From a virus: a stretch of 64,000 bases of DNA. Made by a program: the position numbers and the translations under genes. Under the pieces are notes generated by a model, which was not told where the DNA came from, did no database searches, and saw only the letters and a program-made list of their open reading frames with translations. The stretch spans positions 6,859 through 70,858 of the IMG/VR virus record IMGVR_UViG_3300036781_000280; one strand, 5' to 3'. Shown in pieces: positions 7,453-20,096 of the stretch. Each line of letters begins with the position of its first letter. Within the stretch, counting starts at the first letter, position 1.

Positions 7453-9329
7453 ATCTTTATTCCGCGCAGGACACGACGCAGGCGCCGGTTCGAAGTGTAA
7501 CCGGCCAGATCACCGGCTACTCATCGAATGGAACCGGCGTTCAGCCATACGGAACCTCCCCCATCGCGCCAGTCAAGTCCAACCGTTCCGCCCCGCAGCA
7601 AAATTCAAGCGGTCAGTGGATTGATACCTCGACCGGCCAGCCATACCACGGCACCTACACCGATGCCTCCGGTCGCCCGACGTATTATTCAAACGGCAGT
7701 CAGGTGGGCAATGCCGCTGATGTCGGTGTGCAGCAGCAGAATTTCAGCGTTTCAAGAACCGCCAAAAACCCGGCCATCAGCGGCGCGATTGACCAGCTTC
7801 AGACTGATACCAGCGCGCAAAGCAAGCTGATGTCCCAGTCGTTCAACGATTATCTGAGCCAAGCCAACGGCATAAATGCTCAAAGCAAAACCCAGTTGGA
7901 AAAAGATCAGGCGGCATTTGACACAACTGGAACCGAGAACCGGGTGAACGCCGCCGCCTCCAATCAGGCTGATGCGCTGCTCGCCAACAACCGCAGTTAC
8001 GACACCGGGCAGGCGAATGTGCTGGCCACGGCGACGGATGCGGCCCGAAACTATCAGGCTGGTTTAACCGGCTCGCTGGCATCGCTTGAAAGCGGAACCG
8101 CATTGACCGCAGATCAGTTGCGGAAGAACAACGCTGATTACGCCGCGAATCAAAATACGGTGCAGGGCGACATCGCGGACAATAATAAAAATTACGCCGC
8201 AACAGTTTCCAACCGGCTCGCCAATCTTTCGACAAATCTTACCGCTCAGAACAATCAATATGAGACGGATTCCCAAGCGGTGGCTGATCAGGCTTATCGG
8301 CAGGCCCAAAAAAAGAACGATCTTTATCAGTTGACGAGCGGCACGCCGACCAGCGGGAGCGGAAACCTCGATAACCGGTACATCATGGCGTATGAGAATA
8401 TCAACGTACCGCTCCAGCAGCAGCTTGCCGACCGCCGCTATCAGCAGGTCAATCAGCTTGACGCCGCGAACGCGCAGGCGGATGCTGGCAACTATCAAAA
8501 TCTTCAGTCGCAGTACGCAGGTCAATCGGCGTTGAACGCTGATTTGTCAAACCGTGGAGTTTCGCTGGATCAATATCTTCAGGGATTGGCGGGCCAAAAT
8601 TATTCGGCTGAGACATCCACTGCTGGTGCCGTCAACCAGTCACAGCTTGCGCTGGCCCAAACCCAGTCGGGTATCAACACCGACATCTACAATCAGAACG
8701 CGGACACCACCAAGTATATCGGCCAAAACGATTCACAGACGGCGCAATATATTCAGACACTGCGCCAGCAAACAGCAGGCATGTCCCGCGCTCAGGCGGC
8801 GGCTTATTTACAGCAGCTTTCAGTTCCGATTTCAGTCGGGCAACAGGTTTTGTCCGGCCAGATTCAAAACCAATCGGCGCTGCAAGGTCTTGATGAGCGG
8901 GCGAACGCTTACACGTTCAACGCACCCTATGATACATCTCGCGTCCCTTCGGCTCCGGGATTTAACGTATCTGCGCCAAGGAGCTATCGCACTGGAACCA
9001 GCTCCGCCCCCTCCACCTCACCGACGCTTTCTCAGGCGCTTTCAAATGCCGGAATCAGCGCCAGCTCTCCGCCAGCGCAGGGCTGGGTTCAGGGATCGGA
9101 TGGCAATTGGTATGTTCCAGATGCAACGCAAAAAACCGGATACCGGATGGTAATGCAGGGGCAGCGAAGTTATGCCACCGGAAATTCGAATCCGGTGGAC
9201 AATGGATATAGCGCGCCGCCGCCAAGCGGAACCGGATATTCCGGGAGTGCTGATACAGGCTACTCGTACTCAGGCCAGCCGCAGTACACTCAGGCACAAA
9301 TAGACGCCATGCGCGCAGAATTCCAATGA
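7449..9329 (+). CDS. Putative internal virion/DNA ejection protein
   Basis: 626 aa, Q/N/S/A/Y-rich, no Cys, long coiled-coil character, upstream of a giant ejection protein. Confidence 0.65.
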   Translation: MNLYSAQDTTQAPVRSVTGQITGYSSNGTGVQPYGTSPIAPVKSNRSAPQQNSSGQWIDTSTGQPYHGTYTDASGRPTYYSNGSQVGNAADVGVQQQNFSVSRTAKNPAISGAIDQLQTDTSAQSKLMSQSFNDYLSQANGINAQSKTQLEKDQAAFDTTGTENRVNAAASNQADALLANNRSYDTGQANVLATATDAARNYQAGLTGSLASLESGTALTADQLRKNNADYAANQNTVQGDIADNNKNYAATVSNRLANLSTNLTAQNNQYETDSQAVADQAYRQAQKKNDLYQLTSGTPTSGSGNLDNRYIMAYENINVPLQQQLADRRYQQVNQLDAANAQADAGNYQNLQSQYAGQSALNADLSNRGVSLDQYLQGLAGQNYSAETSTAGAVNQSQLALAQTQSGINTDIYNQNADTTKYIGQNDSQTAQYIQTLRQQTAGMSRAQAAAYLQQLSVPISVGQQVLSGQIQNQSALQGLDERANAYTFNAPYDTSRVPSAPGFNVSAPRSYRTGTSSAPSTSPTLSQALSNAGISASSPPAQGWVQGSDGNWYVPDATQKTGYRMVMQGQRSYATGNSNPVDNGYSAPPPSGTGYSGSADTGYSYSGQPQYTQAQIDAMRAEFQ

Positions 9330-10372
9330 TACTCTACGCTTCATCGCCGGACGGGATCGCCCAGCAGCAGCAGGCTTACGACCAGTATTACCTTGGCGCG
9401 AATCAAAATAATGCCGCGCGCTATGACGCGGCGCAGTCCCGCGCATTGCAGGCCACACTTTCGCAGCAGCAGCAGGACGCAGCCGCGAGCCAGTCTGATT
9501 CCCAGTTCAATTCTGAGATGGCGTTCAAAGGTAGCCAGTCTGCACTTGATCGGGCATCGCGCGAAAAAGATGTTGCAACCCAGTACGCCGGAGCCCGTGC
9601 TGATAGGACGTTGCAGTTGGATGACCATGATTTTCAGCAGGCGCAGAGTTTGGCCGAAAAGGGTCTGCTGCCACAGACCGAGGATCAGCTTGCGGCGCAG
9701 TATCCAAATTTCAAGCCGACTCAGATCAAGGTGCTGGCCAACGCCAGCTCACAACATGCGTTTGATAAATTTGCCACCACACTCGACCAGTCGATTCGCA
9801 ATGGCATACCCCTGCCCGTCGATGCGATCCCAAAAATCGTTGATCCAAAATCCCCGCTTTATCAGCAGGCGATTGATTATCGAAGCTCGAAGCTCGCACC
9901 CTTTGTGGCCGAATATAATTCGGGTCAGGAAAAAGTCCGTAAAGGTAATCTGGCGATGAAAATCCAGTCGGACATTTCAGCGCCGCCGCTGGACACGAAT
10001 GTAAGCCCGCTCCAAAAGTGGAATCCGGTTAGCTGGGCGGCAACGGTTGGCCATAATTTGTTCGCGCCATCGGCTGCGCCCGATCCTGTTCAGCCCGCTG
10101 GTGACTGGCAGCAGCGTGCGCCGCAAATTGTCACAGCACTAAAATCAGGCGCAGACCCTGCGGTCACGGTTGATGCCTCGACAGGACGGTTTGCGAACAC
10201 GATGACAAATCCGAACGGTCAACCAAGTCCGGCACCCATCATTGCGCCGGTTGCCGCGCCTGCAATTGATCCAAACGTCCTCATCGGGCAGGCGAAGCTG
10301 GCCATTGCGCGCGGGGCCAACCCGGTTGCCGTCAAGCAGCGCCTCTTGCAGCAGTACAACATCCAGCTTTAA
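9326..10372 (+). CDS. Putative internal virion/DNA ejection protein
   Basis: Q/A-rich, no Cys; C-terminal [18 protein letters not shown] motif typical of podovirus ejection proteins. Confidence 0.65.
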   Translation: MILYASSPDGIAQQQQAYDQYYLGANQNNAARYDAAQSRALQATLSQQQQDAAASQSDSQFNSEMAFKGSQSALDRASREKDVATQYAGARADRTLQLDDHDFQQAQSLAEKGLLPQTEDQLAAQYPNFKPTQIKVLANASSQHAFDKFATTLDQSIRNGIPLPVDAIPKIVDPKSPLYQQAIDYRSSKLAPFVAEYNSGQEKVRKGNLAMKIQSDISAPPLDTNVSPLQKWNPVSWAATVGHNLFAPSAAPDPVQPAGDWQQRAPQIVTALKSGADPAVTVDASTGRFANTMTNPNGQPSPAPIIAPVAAPAIDPNVLIGQAKLAIARGANPVAVKQRLLQQYNIQL

Positions 10373-10377
10373 ATATC

Positions 10378-13300
10378 ATGGGCGCGTTCGATGATCTTGT
10401 CCCATCTCAAGCCCCGGCATCAACCGGGGCTTTTGATGATTTAATACCAGCTCCCGCAGCGCCAGTCGCGCCGCCTGCGATTACCACAAATGCTTTTGAT
10501 GATTTGATTCCCAAAGCCGGGACTGACTCCAATGGTTTGATTGAGCCCGGCAACATCGACCTAAATAACCGCCCGCACGTTAAAAACGCGGACGGCTCCA
10601 TTAGCACGGTTCGATCTATTTCAATTGGGACAGACAAGGGTGAAGTTTTAATACCGACTGTTTCAGATGATGGCCGGATAATGGGCAACGATGAGGCGGT
10701 TCAGCAATATCAAAATACGGGTCGCCATCTTGGGATTTTTGATAATTCAGACAGCGCAGATAAATACGCCGAACAGCTTCACGAACAGCAGGCCGCTATG
10801 CTTAACCAGCCCCAGCCGCTGGCAAATCCCAACATCATCAGGCAGGCTCCAGATCAGCCTTCGGCTATTGGCGCAGCCGCCCGGAGCGCAGCCCGAAATG
10901 TTCTGCCAACGGCTGGGTTCATAGCCGCCGCACCAATTGGCCGCATTGCTGGCGCTGCCGCAGGAGCCCGTGTCGGGGCATTGGCTGGCGCACTTGTGCC
11001 TGTCATTGGCGAAACTGGAATTTCTGAAGGTGTAGGCGCTGTCCTTGGTGGTCTCATTGGAATGTTTGGAGCCGGAACTGCGGCGGCGACTGGTGTAAAA
11101 AGCATCCAGAATGCAGCGGCAGATTACGTCGCTCCCGATTCGTTTCTGGGCACCAAGTCAGAACAGGCTGACGTGGCGGCACACCCCATCGCCAGCGAGC
11201 TGGGAAGCCTTGCCGTGATCGGAAAGCCGAATCCATTCAATATCATCCGGGCCGCTCGGACGATTGGAACAGATACGGGCAGGGCGGCACTGAATGACCT
11301 TTTGAAATCTGGTGCCACCAAGGACGGCTACAAGCGGTGGTCTCAAACTTATTCACCCGACGTTCAAAAAGCTGCTGTCAACGTGCTCAACGTGGCGCAA
11401 GCGGGCGGCATCAACGCCGCATTCAACGTGTACGACCAATTAAAATCCGGCGATTACAGCGCGGGAGACCTGCTGCGCTCGGCGGCAGAGGGGGCGCTGT
11501 TTAATGAGCCTTGGATTCACGCCAAAAATCCGGCCACAGCCGCATTTGATTCATCGCTGAACCCGGAACAGATCAATGACGCGACAAAAAAACTGGTCAC
11601 GCTCGATCAAAACCAGCAGACCGACACGCCGACCACGATTCTAAACGGTGTCGTCGCAAAGCCGGTCGGGCCGGACACGCATATCATCCAAGTCGGCGGT
11701 CAAGACGCGGCAGTTTTGCAGCATGTGAGCGGCGATGATTTTCAAAAAGCCCAGCAGTCGGTCGGCGCGTCCGGCTGGGAGGGTTATTTTGTGAAGCAGA
11801 ACCCGGATACCGGCAATCCGACGATCTACATCAACAAAAATTACATCGACAGCCAAGGCCCGATCTTCACCCACGAGTCAACCCACTTGCTGGAGTCGAT
11901 GGGGCTGGTGAATCAAGACCAGATGGCCAGCGTGGTGGCGAAGTACGGCGACAAGATCGCGCCGGAAGTGGCCCAGCGGTACGCCGATTTCAACGCGAAG
12001 AACAATTTGCCGCCCCCGACCGAAAGCGACCTGCTGCGCGAGACGTTTGCAAACATTTTTCAGAACTGGCACGAGCAGGGAAACGCCCCGAAGGACACTT
12101 GGGTCAACCGGGCGATGGATTTCATCACCGGAATCGTCGGCCTTGATAAAACCGGCGACCAGCACGCGCGGGACATTCTGGCGGGCAGGTTTCAAAAGCC
12201 ATCGGATCAAAATTCAGCACCGGCTGGTGCGGCAAGTTTGCCAAATTTGTCATTTGACAATAATCAACCACAGGCGCAAGATGAAAACCATGTCGGACAA
12301 GACCAAAATCGAACCGGAGCCGGAGTACCACCGCCCGCCGAAGGGGTGGAAGCCGGGGGGCCAGCCATACCTGTCCGGCCAGAAGCCCAGCCCAACCCCG
12401 CCATCCAGCAAGCCGCCAACGACTACAATAAAACCGTAGGGTTGCCGCCCACGCAGCCGCATTATGCGCCGATTGACGAGGCTAGAGCCCGCGCCATCGC
12501 CGCCGAGTACGAAAAGCTTCCCAAGACCGACCAGTCACCGCAGACATTGGCGGCGTACGATGAGCTGGGGAAGGAAATTCAAGCCCAGTGGGATTACGCG
12601 GAGCAGAAAATGGGCATCAAGTTCGAGGCATGGACTAAAGAGGGCCAGCCGTATGCCAATTCGCGGGAGATGGTGAAGGATGTCCGGGACAATCATCATC
12701 TTTATTTCTTCACGGGCGGCGAGGAGCATCCGCTGCTCAACGTGAAGGATGCGAATGGCCTGACCTTGAACGACAAGCTGCGCGCCGTGCACGATTTGTT
12801 CGGCCACGCGGCGGAAGATTTTCAATTCGGCGCGCGGGGCGAGGAAAATGCTTGGATCAAGCACAGCCAGATGTTCAGCCCGCTGGCGCAGAAGGCGCTC
12901 ACGTCGGAAACCCGTGGCCAGAATTCATGGGTGAACTACGGGCCGCATAATTACGACGAGAATGGCGTCCGAAAAAACATCAAGCCGCAGGATCGCCCGT
13001 TCGCGGAACAAAAAGTGGCGCTGCTCCCGGAGTGGACGCACGATTGGAAAGGCCCGTTAAATGAAAACCAAAAAACGCAGTTCAGTGTCGCCAAAAAAGA
13101 CCCGCGAGATTTCTCCGACCTCCAGTGGTGGAAACGCGGAGGTGGTAAAAGCGATGAAACGGCTCCAGAATCTGGAGTTAAGCCAAGCGAAGCCTACCGA
13201 CTGAACAAAATCATCGGCCAGCAGCCGGATGGGTTCGTTGAAATCCATCGCTGGGCTCACAAGTTTCGTGACGTGATCGACCCGGCGTTCCACGGCAAGG

Positions 13301-16300
13301 GAATTGTCGGCGAGGAGGCCAAACGAAAGGCGCAATTCCCCGGACTGTACCTCAACCGGACTTATTTCGGGCTGCGCGGGTATAAAAAGGAATCCGGCCT
13401 TGGCCCCATCAAGCAGGCGATCCAGATTCACGCCTCAAAGCTTTACGACATCGACAACGATCCGCTGGATTTCTACGACAAGGCGGCAACGGTTGGAAAA
13501 ACGCTCGGTCAGGGCGTGATGAACGCGGCGCTGTTCAACACGATCAAGGAGCGCATGATCGTGGCCGCAGGATTCGACGGTTATTACTCAAACGCCCACA
13601 AGGTCGCCACGATGTTTGTGAAGGTGCCCGGAAAAGGCAAGGTTCCGGGCGTGATGCCGGAAGCGCCACGGGTTCAGCAAGAGTCCGAGAATTACGCGCA
13701 GATGCTCAAGCGCCCAACGGTGCAAATAAAGCATTCGGTCGAAGGCTTTAAGCCCGGATCACAGTCGGATATGTCGCCAGAGGAATCGCTCACCGCCACC
13801 CAGAAGGTGCGGATCAAGGCTCCATCTGGAACCACCGCAATCAAAGTCACGGATTCAAACGGAAACACCGTTACCCACAATCTTGCAAAATTTATCGGCG
13901 ACAATCCGCTTTTTAACAAGGATGTTTCGCGCGTCAGCCCGGTGGCTGTAAAAACCAGCGGCATCTATCGGGGAAAACAGATTCCAGTCAAAGGCCAAGT
14001 TGAAGTTGAGCCCCGCGCGATGTTCAGCGTTACCAAAAAGGGTAAATTCTACGAAGGAAAACGCTTTGGCGATGTGAAGAACGAGGTGGTGCCTGAAGTG
14101 CCGCCATTCCACCCGCTGCCTGCCGACCAGTACAAACAGGCGCGCGACAGCATAATCAACCTCGCGCATACTGTGGGAACGATTCAAGCCCGTGGGATGC
14201 GGATTAACTTTGCCAGCCCTGATCCAGTCACGGCCAAGCGACTTGGTATTCCTGATAACAGCATGACCGCCCGTGCGATCCATGCGATATCGAATTCCGA
14301 CCGGCGCACTCCGAACGCCAACAAGGTGCTGCTCGCAAATAATATCGAAAACACCGTCAAGCAGGCTGATTTCGTAACCCGGATGCAGCGTGATGACACC
14401 GACACCTACGGAACCGCATTCATAAAAGCCTACGAGATAAACGGAAAAAAGGTCTGGCATCTCGTGCAGGTCGATGGGCAGGGTGATTTCATCACGCAGT
14501 ATTCGTGGCCTGATTCTGAAACGGAAAATGGTCGTGTGATGCGGTCGCAGGTTGTGCAGGTTGGTCAGCGCGTTGGTGGTTTGCTAGAGCCGAGGGTTAA
14601 TCCGCAAGCCGAAGCTCCGACGCCCTCTAATTTCGCTCCACCAACCGCTGACCAGAAAAACTTTGACACATCTGGCAAAGAGGGGCAAGCGCAATTTTCG
14701 GCTGCAAAAAATCAGACCGAAACACCTGAATTCAAAAAATGGTTCGCGGGCAGCAAGGTGGTTGATGCAAATGGAAAGCCTCTGGTGGTTTATCATGGGT
14801 CAACTCGAAAGAATATAAAAACCATTCGCCCATCGTCCGGCGTTGAAGTACCTAATACGGCTTGGTTTTCGGATAGCGAGGACATTGCAAGTGAGTATAT
14901 GTATCCCCGCGAGTTTGGCGAAAATATCTACGAGGATTCTGATGGAAATGAAATTGAGCCCGGTACTTTAACTCCGGTTTATTTAAACATCAAAAACCCT
15001 CTCGAAGTCGATTTTGGAGGAGGCATTGGTGATGCCATAAGATTATCGAAACTTGCGCGTGAGGCAAAAGCTGAAGGCCGGGATGGTTTGATAATTAAAA
15101 ACGTGGATGATGGCGTTAATGTTGGAAGTGGGGTTGCGACCTCATACGCCATTTTCTCTCCAACGAGCGTCAAACATGCCACGGAAAACTCAGGATCGTT
15201 TTCAAATGAAAACCCAGATATTCGATTCAGTGTATCCAAGGATGAAAAACGCGCCCAAGTCGGCGGCATCCCGGAAATCGGCCAAATCTACCAGCCGGAA
15301 CGCATTGCTGAAATCCAGTCGGCAATCCGTTCAAAGCTGTTTGATGCCAGCCATCCTGTCACGCCGGAATTAACCTCGCAGGCCAAGGAATTGGCGAACG
15401 ATTTGACCGATGAAATAACCCGGCACGGCAAGGGCATTGCGATCCACTCGCTGCTGGGCAACAACGCCATGGGCCTGCCGCTGTTGCAGGTCGAGCTTCG
15501 TAATTATGCGGTCAAGCTGGCCATGACCGGCGACACATCGCTGATCGACACGATGTACAACCGCAGCCGGGATTTTATCGCCTTGGTCGATCCGGCTGGA
15601 ACCGGCGAGGCGGCGCAAGCCGTGCGCGCGATGCGTGAATTTTCCGACGCCAAAAACGTGGCTGTGAATCAGATTTATAAAATTTTCACAGAGGAGCGTG
15701 AACGTGCCGCCGAGCAAAAATCCGGGTTGTCGAACCACGAAATCTGGATTGATCTCATGCGCCGGTTGTCCGGGCTGAAGCTGGAGCCGGAAGAAGTTGA
15801 GCGCGTGGTTGCCGGTGGTAAAAACGATGAAGGCAAGACGCTGGAGGAGCTGATCGACGAACACACACCCGAATCGCTTGAGGCACGGTCGCTGCTCGAC
15901 AAATATGAGCGGTCGCAAACCGAGTGGCTGAAACCGGAATCCAAGAAGTCGATCATTCGGGTCATAGTTGATTCAGCCATCGGCGAAAACAAGCTGGCAC
16001 GGTACGATGAAAAAGATTTTCAAGATCGCCTGTCGCAGCGATTGCAGGACGCGACCGTTCCCAAGGACATCGCCGACCGTCTGGCGTTCGAGGTCTGGAA
16101 AGACAAGGCGGCGCGCGAGGCCACCAAGACCGACCGGGCGGTAAAGGCGGATGCCGCGTTCGAGCAGAACCGGGCTCAGTCGATTCTCGACAAATTGCAG
16201 TCGGATCAGACCGAAATGGTGTCACCCGCACGCCGTTCAAAAGTCGCCGACATCATCAAGGCGTTCTATAAAAACCCGGTGGCCTCAGACGAGGCGCGGG

Positions 16301-19300
16301 CGGCTGAAATTTCAAAGCTTGAAAGCGATTTGATCAACGAGAGCGTAAAGCCAGCAACTGCAAAAGAGCTGGCGCGCGAGGCTGGTCAGCGGAAGCAGGT
16401 CATCGAGGCGAATGCGCGCCTTGGAACCAAGAACGTGGTCAATAATCTGGCCCAAGAAACAGCCGAAGCGAAGCTCAAGGAGCTGGAGAACAAGCACTCC
16501 GGCGTTGAGTGGCTGAAGCCGGGCACATCGCGGCAGAAAGTCGCCAAGATCATCGAGGACGCGCTTAATCCGAAAGAGAACACGCGACCCGTTGACGCCA
16601 CCGTCCTTGAAAACGCCGCCGAAACATCGCGCAAGCTGGTGGATGCTGGCGTTGACAAGCCGACCGCAGATAAAATTGGTGTGGAGGTGGAGACCGAGCG
16701 CACAACCCGGTTTTCCAACCGCAGAACGGCGGCGATGGAAACGGCGTCGAAGTCAAGGAGCCTGAAATCGCTCATCGAATCCATCCTGACGACACCCTAC
16801 CGGGCGATGAACGATCCGAAATGGCTGCACGACACGTCCGTCCGCTGGTTTGAATCGAACGGGCTCGCCAAAGATCAGGCGGAAGCGGCTACACGCCTTT
16901 TTGCCGATCAATTTCAAAAAGCGTTGGCGGCGGCGCGTGAGAAAATCGCCACCGACGTTCTCAAGACCGCCGATCCAACGAAAGTCGGCAGCTTGATGAA
17001 GCTGATCCGCGTCGGCCCGGAGTGGGTTGACAAGCTGGCTGAACAGGCGGGCTGGATCAAGCCGACGACCGACCAGTTTGAAAAACTTTCGACCCTGCAA
17101 AGGCAGTGGAGCGATCCAGAAATGTCGCCGCCCGAACGCGCGGCCATCATGGAGCAGATGAACAGCATTTTGCGCCATCTCGGAAATCACGACAAGCCAT
17201 GGCTGCAAGCCTTGGGCGAATCGCAGGCCGCATCCCTGCTGTCCGGCATACCGACCGCTACGCTGCACATTTTCCAGCCTTGGACTTCGATCTTGTTCAA
17301 GGATTTGCCGACCGTTTTATTCCGTCGTCCTCAAGATTTTCCGACCGTTGTAAAATCTCTGCTCGAAGCGGCAAAAAACTGGTTGCCCGAATTCCAGTAC
17401 GCATGGCAGAAGGACGCCTACGGATTCAACGCCGACAAGATGACCGGATTTCACAACGAGCTGAAGCGTCAGTTCGATCTCGGAATCGCGGCATGGAAGA
17501 ACGGAAATTACAAGGGTGCCCTGCGGCTGATTTACGCTTGGCAGCAGTATGTTTTCCGCAGCCTGCAAACCTTCAATCAGGCGGGCATGGCGGTGAAGCG
17601 GGAATTTTCACTTTCGCTGTATGGCAGTCAGGCGATGCGCGATGCCGGATTTACCACGCAGCAGATCGGCGAACTGCCGATGAAGATTCACGAATTAAAG
17701 GAGGCCGCATTTCTCGATGGAAAGATGCGTGGTCTGGATAATCCGACCGCCAGTGTGCGGGCTGATTATGCGGCGTCTGAGCAGTTGCGCGACTTCTTTG
17801 CCAACAAGATTGGCAGCGACACGCTGGCGGCTCAGATTGCGCGGGCTGCGGAGTCTGATGCGTATAGTGTCACCGGATTCAAGGCTCCGGGCGTCAAGGA
17901 AACCGATGAGGGATGGCTGTCAAACATCCTGCCCATCAATCAGCTCATGGAATTCACGCAGAAGATGCGTGAAAAGGGCGGTGCCAAGTCGATTGTTGGG
18001 ATCGCCGCCTTCGGATTCGTCAACGTCCCCCTGCGCGTGGCCCGCTACAACGCAAGTTACTCGCCCTACGGCTTGCTGCGGTACGGTGTTTATCGCTACC
18101 GCATGGCGCACGGCAAGGATACACCGTGGAAGCAATCGTTCGGTTCCGAGTTGCAGGCCCGGCAGCGTTTGACTGAGGCCATCGTGGGCACCTCGATGAT
18201 GACGCTGCTCGCGTATCTGACTTGGAACAGCACGTCTGCCGACGATCAAAGCAAGAGCCCGTTTTTCATCAACGTCACCGGCAGCGGATCGAAGAACCAG
18301 ACGCTGCGTGATGCGTGGTTGAAAGAGGGCTACCGGCCACGGTCGATCATCATCGGGCTTGCTGGCAAAGTGGTCGCCGCCATACCGATCACGCGCGCGG
18401 GCAGCGTGCTTTCGTGGCTGGCGGGCATCAGCGCGGCGCACGACGACCATGCGTGGGAAATGAAAACCGCCGCCGCCGAGGGCAGGCCGGTGAATAATTC
18501 AGTGGCGGCTGAATTGGCTCAGGCCGCAGGAACGTATTACGAGATCGTCGGTGCCCAAGGTATTTTTCAGGGCATATCGCACGCGCAGCAAATTTCTCAG
18601 GGCAGCGGCGGCATGGACAAGCTGCTGGCATCGACCGGCGCGAGCGTTGTTTCATCGCTTACGATTCCGGGCAAGCAGCTCCTGTCGAGCTTCAGCCAGA
18701 TGATTTACGGCAACCCTGACCGCTCAAGCATCAGCGCCGCCATCGCCGCCAACTTTCCGATTGTCGGACTGCCGTGGCAGCATCCGCAGATCAACCGGCT
18801 GGGCGACCAGATGGGCGACAATTCTTGGTACGGAAAAATCGCCGCCACGGGCATCCCCATCGCATTTCGCGTCAGCGACAATCCGCAGAACCAAGCGTTG
18901 TATCAGGCGCTGCTCGACAAGGGAGTGGCACCTCCAAATCTTTCGCGCACCGTGCTCGAAGAAAAATATGGTGCGATGACGGACGACGAGTTTCAAAAGT
19001 TCGCGCAGCAGTCCGGCGCTGCGATCAAAAACGAGCTGGTGAACAACCTGAGTTCGATCCAGCAGATGTCGGGTTCGGATGCGAAGAAGTTCATCCAGAA
19101 AGCGACATCGCAGGCCGAAGGCAACGCCGCCATTGCAGTCGGAATCACCAGCCCTTCTGCTGGCACCGGCAAGGCGGCTGCTAAATCCACAAGGCAACCG
19201 AAGGCTGCGAAGGTGAAAACCACGAGCAGGCGTTCGCTTTACCAGCTTTCAGGAGCGCGTCCGAAGGCGGTTGGCCACACCTCGCATCACGCGAAAACCC

Positions 19301-19353
19301 ATCGGGCCGGATCGCTTTATGGAATCCAGCCAAGGCACCTGTACGGGGCGTAA
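10378..19353 (+). CDS. Giant polyvalent ejection protein (2991 aa)
   Basis: FDDLxP repeats; [10 protein letters not shown] domain; HESTH zincin motif; [15 protein letters not shown] domain; ART-like and nuclease-like modules; ART-PolyVal motif [26 protein letters not shown]; helical C-terminus. Confidence 0.85.
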   Translation: MGAFDDLVPSQAPASTGAFDDLIPAPAAPVAPPAITTNAFDDLIPKAGTDSNGLIEPGNIDLNNRPHVKNADGSISTVRSISIGTDKGEVLIPTVSDDGRIMGNDEAVQQYQNTGRHLGIFDNSDSADKYAEQLHEQQAAMLNQPQPLANPNIIRQAPDQPSAIGAAARSAARNVLPTAGFIAAAPIGRIAGAAAGARVGALAGALVPVIGETGISEGVGAVLGGLIGMFGAGTAAATGVKSIQNAAADYVAPDSFLGTKSEQADVAAHPIASELGSLAVIGKPNPFNIIRAARTIGTDTGRAALNDLLKSGATKDGYKRWSQTYSPDVQKAAVNVLNVAQAGGINAAFNVYDQLKSGDYSAGDLLRSAAEGALFNEPWIHAKNPATAAFDSSLNPEQINDATKKLVTLDQNQQTDTPTTILNGVVAKPVGPDTHIIQVGGQDAAVLQHVSGDDFQKAQQSVGASGWEGYFVKQNPDTGNPTIYINKNYIDSQGPIFTHESTHLLESMGLVNQDQMASVVAKYGDKIAPEVAQRYADFNAKNNLPPPTESDLLRETFANIFQNWHEQGNAPKDTWVNRAMDFITGIVGLDKTGDQHARDILAGRFQKPSDQNSAPAGAASLPNLSFDNNQPQAQDENHVGQDQNRTGAGVPPPAEGVEAGGPAIPVRPEAQPNPAIQQAANDYNKTVGLPPTQPHYAPIDEARARAIAAEYEKLPKTDQSPQTLAAYDELGKEIQAQWDYAEQKMGIKFEAWTKEGQPYANSREMVKDVRDNHHLYFFTGGEEHPLLNVKDANGLTLNDKLRAVHDLFGHAAEDFQFGARGEENAWIKHSQMFSPLAQKALTSETRGQNSWVNYGPHNYDENGVRKNIKPQDRPFAEQKVALLPEWTHDWKGPLNENQKTQFSVAKKDPRDFSDLQWWKRGGGKSDETAPESGVKPSEAYRLNKIIGQQPDGFVEIHRWAHKFRDVIDPAFHGKGIVGEEAKRKAQFPGLYLNRTYFGLRGYKKESGLGPIKQAIQIHASKLYDIDNDPLDFYDKAATVGKTLGQGVMNAALFNTIKERMIVAAGFDGYYSNAHKVATMFVKVPGKGKVPGVMPEAPRVQQESENYAQMLKRPTVQIKHSVEGFKPGSQSDMSPEESLTATQKVRIKAPSGTTAIKVTDSNGNTVTHNLAKFIGDNPLFNKDVSRVSPVAVKTSGIYRGKQIPVKGQVEVEPRAMFSVTKKGKFYEGKRFGDVKNEVVPEVPPFHPLPADQYKQARDSIINLAHTVGTIQARGMRINFASPDPVTAKRLGIPDNSMTARAIHAISNSDRRTPNANKVLLANNIENTVKQADFVTRMQRDDTDTYGTAFIKAYEINGKKVWHLVQVDGQGDFITQYSWPDSETENGRVMRSQVVQVGQRVGGLLEPRVNPQAEAPTPSNFAPPTADQKNFDTSGKEGQAQFSAAKNQTETPEFKKWFAGSKVVDANGKPLVVYHGSTRKNIKTIRPSSGVEVPNTAWFSDSEDIASEYMYPREFGENIYEDSDGNEIEPGTLTPVYLNIKNPLEVDFGGGIGDAIRLSKLAREAKAEGRDGLIIKNVDDGVNVGSGVATSYAIFSPTSVKHATENSGSFSNENPDIRFSVSKDEKRAQVGGIPEIGQIYQPERIAEIQSAIRSKLFDASHPVTPELTSQAKELANDLTDEITRHGKGIAIHSLLGNNAMGLPLLQVELRNYAVKLAMTGDTSLIDTMYNRSRDFIALVDPAGTGEAAQAVRAMREFSDAKNVAVNQIYKIFTEERERAAEQKSGLSNHEIWIDLMRRLSGLKLEPEEVERVVAGGKNDEGKTLEELIDEHTPESLEARSLLDKYERSQTEWLKPESKKSIIRVIVDSAIGENKLARYDEKDFQDRLSQRLQDATVPKDIADRLAFEVWKDKAAREATKTDRAVKADAAFEQNRAQSILDKLQSDQTEMVSPARRSKVADIIKAFYKNPVASDEARAAEISKLESDLINESVKPATAKELAREAGQRKQVIEANARLGTKNVVNNLAQETAEAKLKELENKHSGVEWLKPGTSRQKVAKIIEDALNPKENTRPVDATVLENAAETSRKLVDAGVDKPTADKIGVEVETERTTRFSNRRTAAMETASKSRSLKSLIESILTTPYRAMNDPKWLHDTSVRWFESNGLAKDQAEAATRLFADQFQKALAAAREKIATDVLKTADPTKVGSLMKLIRVGPEWVDKLAEQAGWIKPTTDQFEKLSTLQRQWSDPEMSPPERAAIMEQMNSILRHLGNHDKPWLQALGESQAASLLSGIPTATLHIFQPWTSILFKDLPTVLFRRPQDFPTVVKSLLEAAKNWLPEFQYAWQKDAYGFNADKMTGFHNELKRQFDLGIAAWKNGNYKGALRLIYAWQQYVFRSLQTFNQAGMAVKREFSLSLYGSQAMRDAGFTTQQIGELPMKIHELKEAAFLDGKMRGLDNPTASVRADYAASEQLRDFFANKIGSDTLAAQIARAAESDAYSVTGFKAPGVKETDEGWLSNILPINQLMEFTQKMREKGGAKSIVGIAAFGFVNVPLRVARYNASYSPYGLLRYGVYRYRMAHGKDTPWKQSFGSELQARQRLTEAIVGTSMMTLLAYLTWNSTSADDQSKSPFFINVTGSGSKNQTLRDAWLKEGYRPRSIIIGLAGKVVAAIPITRAGSVLSWLAGISAAHDDHAWEMKTAAAEGRPVNNSVAAELAQAAGTYYEIVGAQGIFQGISHAQQISQGSGGMDKLLASTGASVVSSLTIPGKQLLSSFSQMIYGNPDRSSISAAIAANFPIVGLPWQHPQINRLGDQMGDNSWYGKIAATGIPIAFRVSDNPQNQALYQALLDKGVAPPNLSRTVLEEKYGAMTDDEFQKFAQQSGAAIKNELVNNLSSIQQMSGSDAKKFIQKATSQAEGNAAIAVGITSPSAGTGKAAAKSTRQPKAAKVKTTSRRSLYQLSGARPKAVGHTSHHAKTHRAGSLYGIQPRHLYGA
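10381..10512 (+). repeat. Three peptide repeats (G/N)AFDDL(V/I)P
   Basis: At 10381, 10426 and 10489. Confidence 0.8.
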
Positions 19354-19362
19354 AAATACTTC

Positions 19363-19390
19363 TTGTAATCTTTGCCACATTTGGCATTGT
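19363..19390 (+). promoter_or_regulatory. Promoter with 14-bp palindromic operator
   Basis: TTGTAA-16bp-CATTGT; TGCCACATTTGGCA at 19373-19386. Confidence 0.55.
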
Positions 19391-19396
19391 CATTTC

Positions 19397-19558
19397 AGTC
19401 CGATGTGAGGGATAGTAGAGTCTAAGCAGTCCCGGTAATGCGGGACAGGTTAAGTTGCGCTGGGACATGCCAGCCATGCGACACGCAGATATGCGAAGTT
19501 GCATCCGATAGCTACGAAACTGAACGCAGTCCGAAACGTCTGCGACTTACATCTGGCT
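19397..19558 (+). ncRNA. Candidate structured ncRNA (~160 nt) co-transcribed with the tRNA
   Basis: Closing stem AGTC-C-GATGTGAG / CTTACATC-T-GGCT; internal hairpins GTCCCG/CGGGAC, GCTGG/CCAGC, CGCA-GATA-TGCG, CGCAG/CTGCG. Confidence 0.55.
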
Positions 19559-19561
19559 TGT

Positions 19562-19635
19562 GCGAAATTAGCTCAGTGGTAGAGCCGCTGTTTTCCAAAC
19601 AGCATACGACAGTTCGATTCTGTCATTTCGCTCCA
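19562..19635 (+). tRNA. tRNA-Gly (anticodon TCC)
   Basis: Acceptor GCGAAAT/ATTTCGC, D arm GCTC/GAGC, anticodon stem GCTGT/ACAGC with loop TTTCCAA, T arm GACAG-TTCGATT-CTGTC, encoded CCA. Confidence 0.95.
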
Positions 19636-19688
19636 ATTCACTGTAAAAAGCGCGAGAGGCTGCGCTGGCCGAGAACAGCGCCAATTTA

Positions 19689-20096
19689 ATGGAACACAAC
19701 CGAATAATTTTCAACTCGCCGACCGGCGACGAGCTGAAGGTGCTGAAGCACTTCTTACCCCAGATCAAAGCCAAGGCCGAGAATGCGGCATCCCATGAAG
19801 TGAAGGCGGCGCGCAGCGTGCTGACTCAAAAGTTTTGCAGCCTGTGCGGAGAAAGTTTGATCAACAAGCAGAAGCGCAGCCCAAATACCAATAAGCTTTG
19901 CAAGGAATGCGATTCAATGCTCGCCTCCGGCCACACGGCGCTGGTCACGATGGACGGAAAATACGCTTTTGGAAAGTTTGCCGACAACGATGAGACCAAG
20001 CACCTCATCGGAAAGATACTGCCCGTCCAGCTCGAAGTTCTCGAAACGCTGTGCAAGGCCCAAAACATTAAAATTCAAGATGTCCAACAAAACTAA
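19689..20096 (+). CDS. Hypothetical protein with two CxxC motifs
   Basis: CSLC..CKEC. Confidence 0.6.
   Translation: MEHNRIIFNSPTGDELKVLKHFLPQIKAKAENAASHEVKAARSVLTQKFCSLCGESLINKQKRSPNTNKLCKECDSMLASGHTALVTMDGKYAFGKFADNDETKHLIGKILPVQLEVLETLCKAQNIKIQDVQQN

Noticed and set aside
19562-19635. tRNA-Gly as prophage attachment site
   Set aside because: Phage genes lie on both sides, and no duplicated tRNA 3' end or integrase was seen
19515-19690. Hammerhead-like (CTGA..CGAAAC) or tRNA-trailer HDV-like ribozyme
   Set aside because: The CUGANGA core and required stems are absent; the tRNA trailer shows only one simple hairpin
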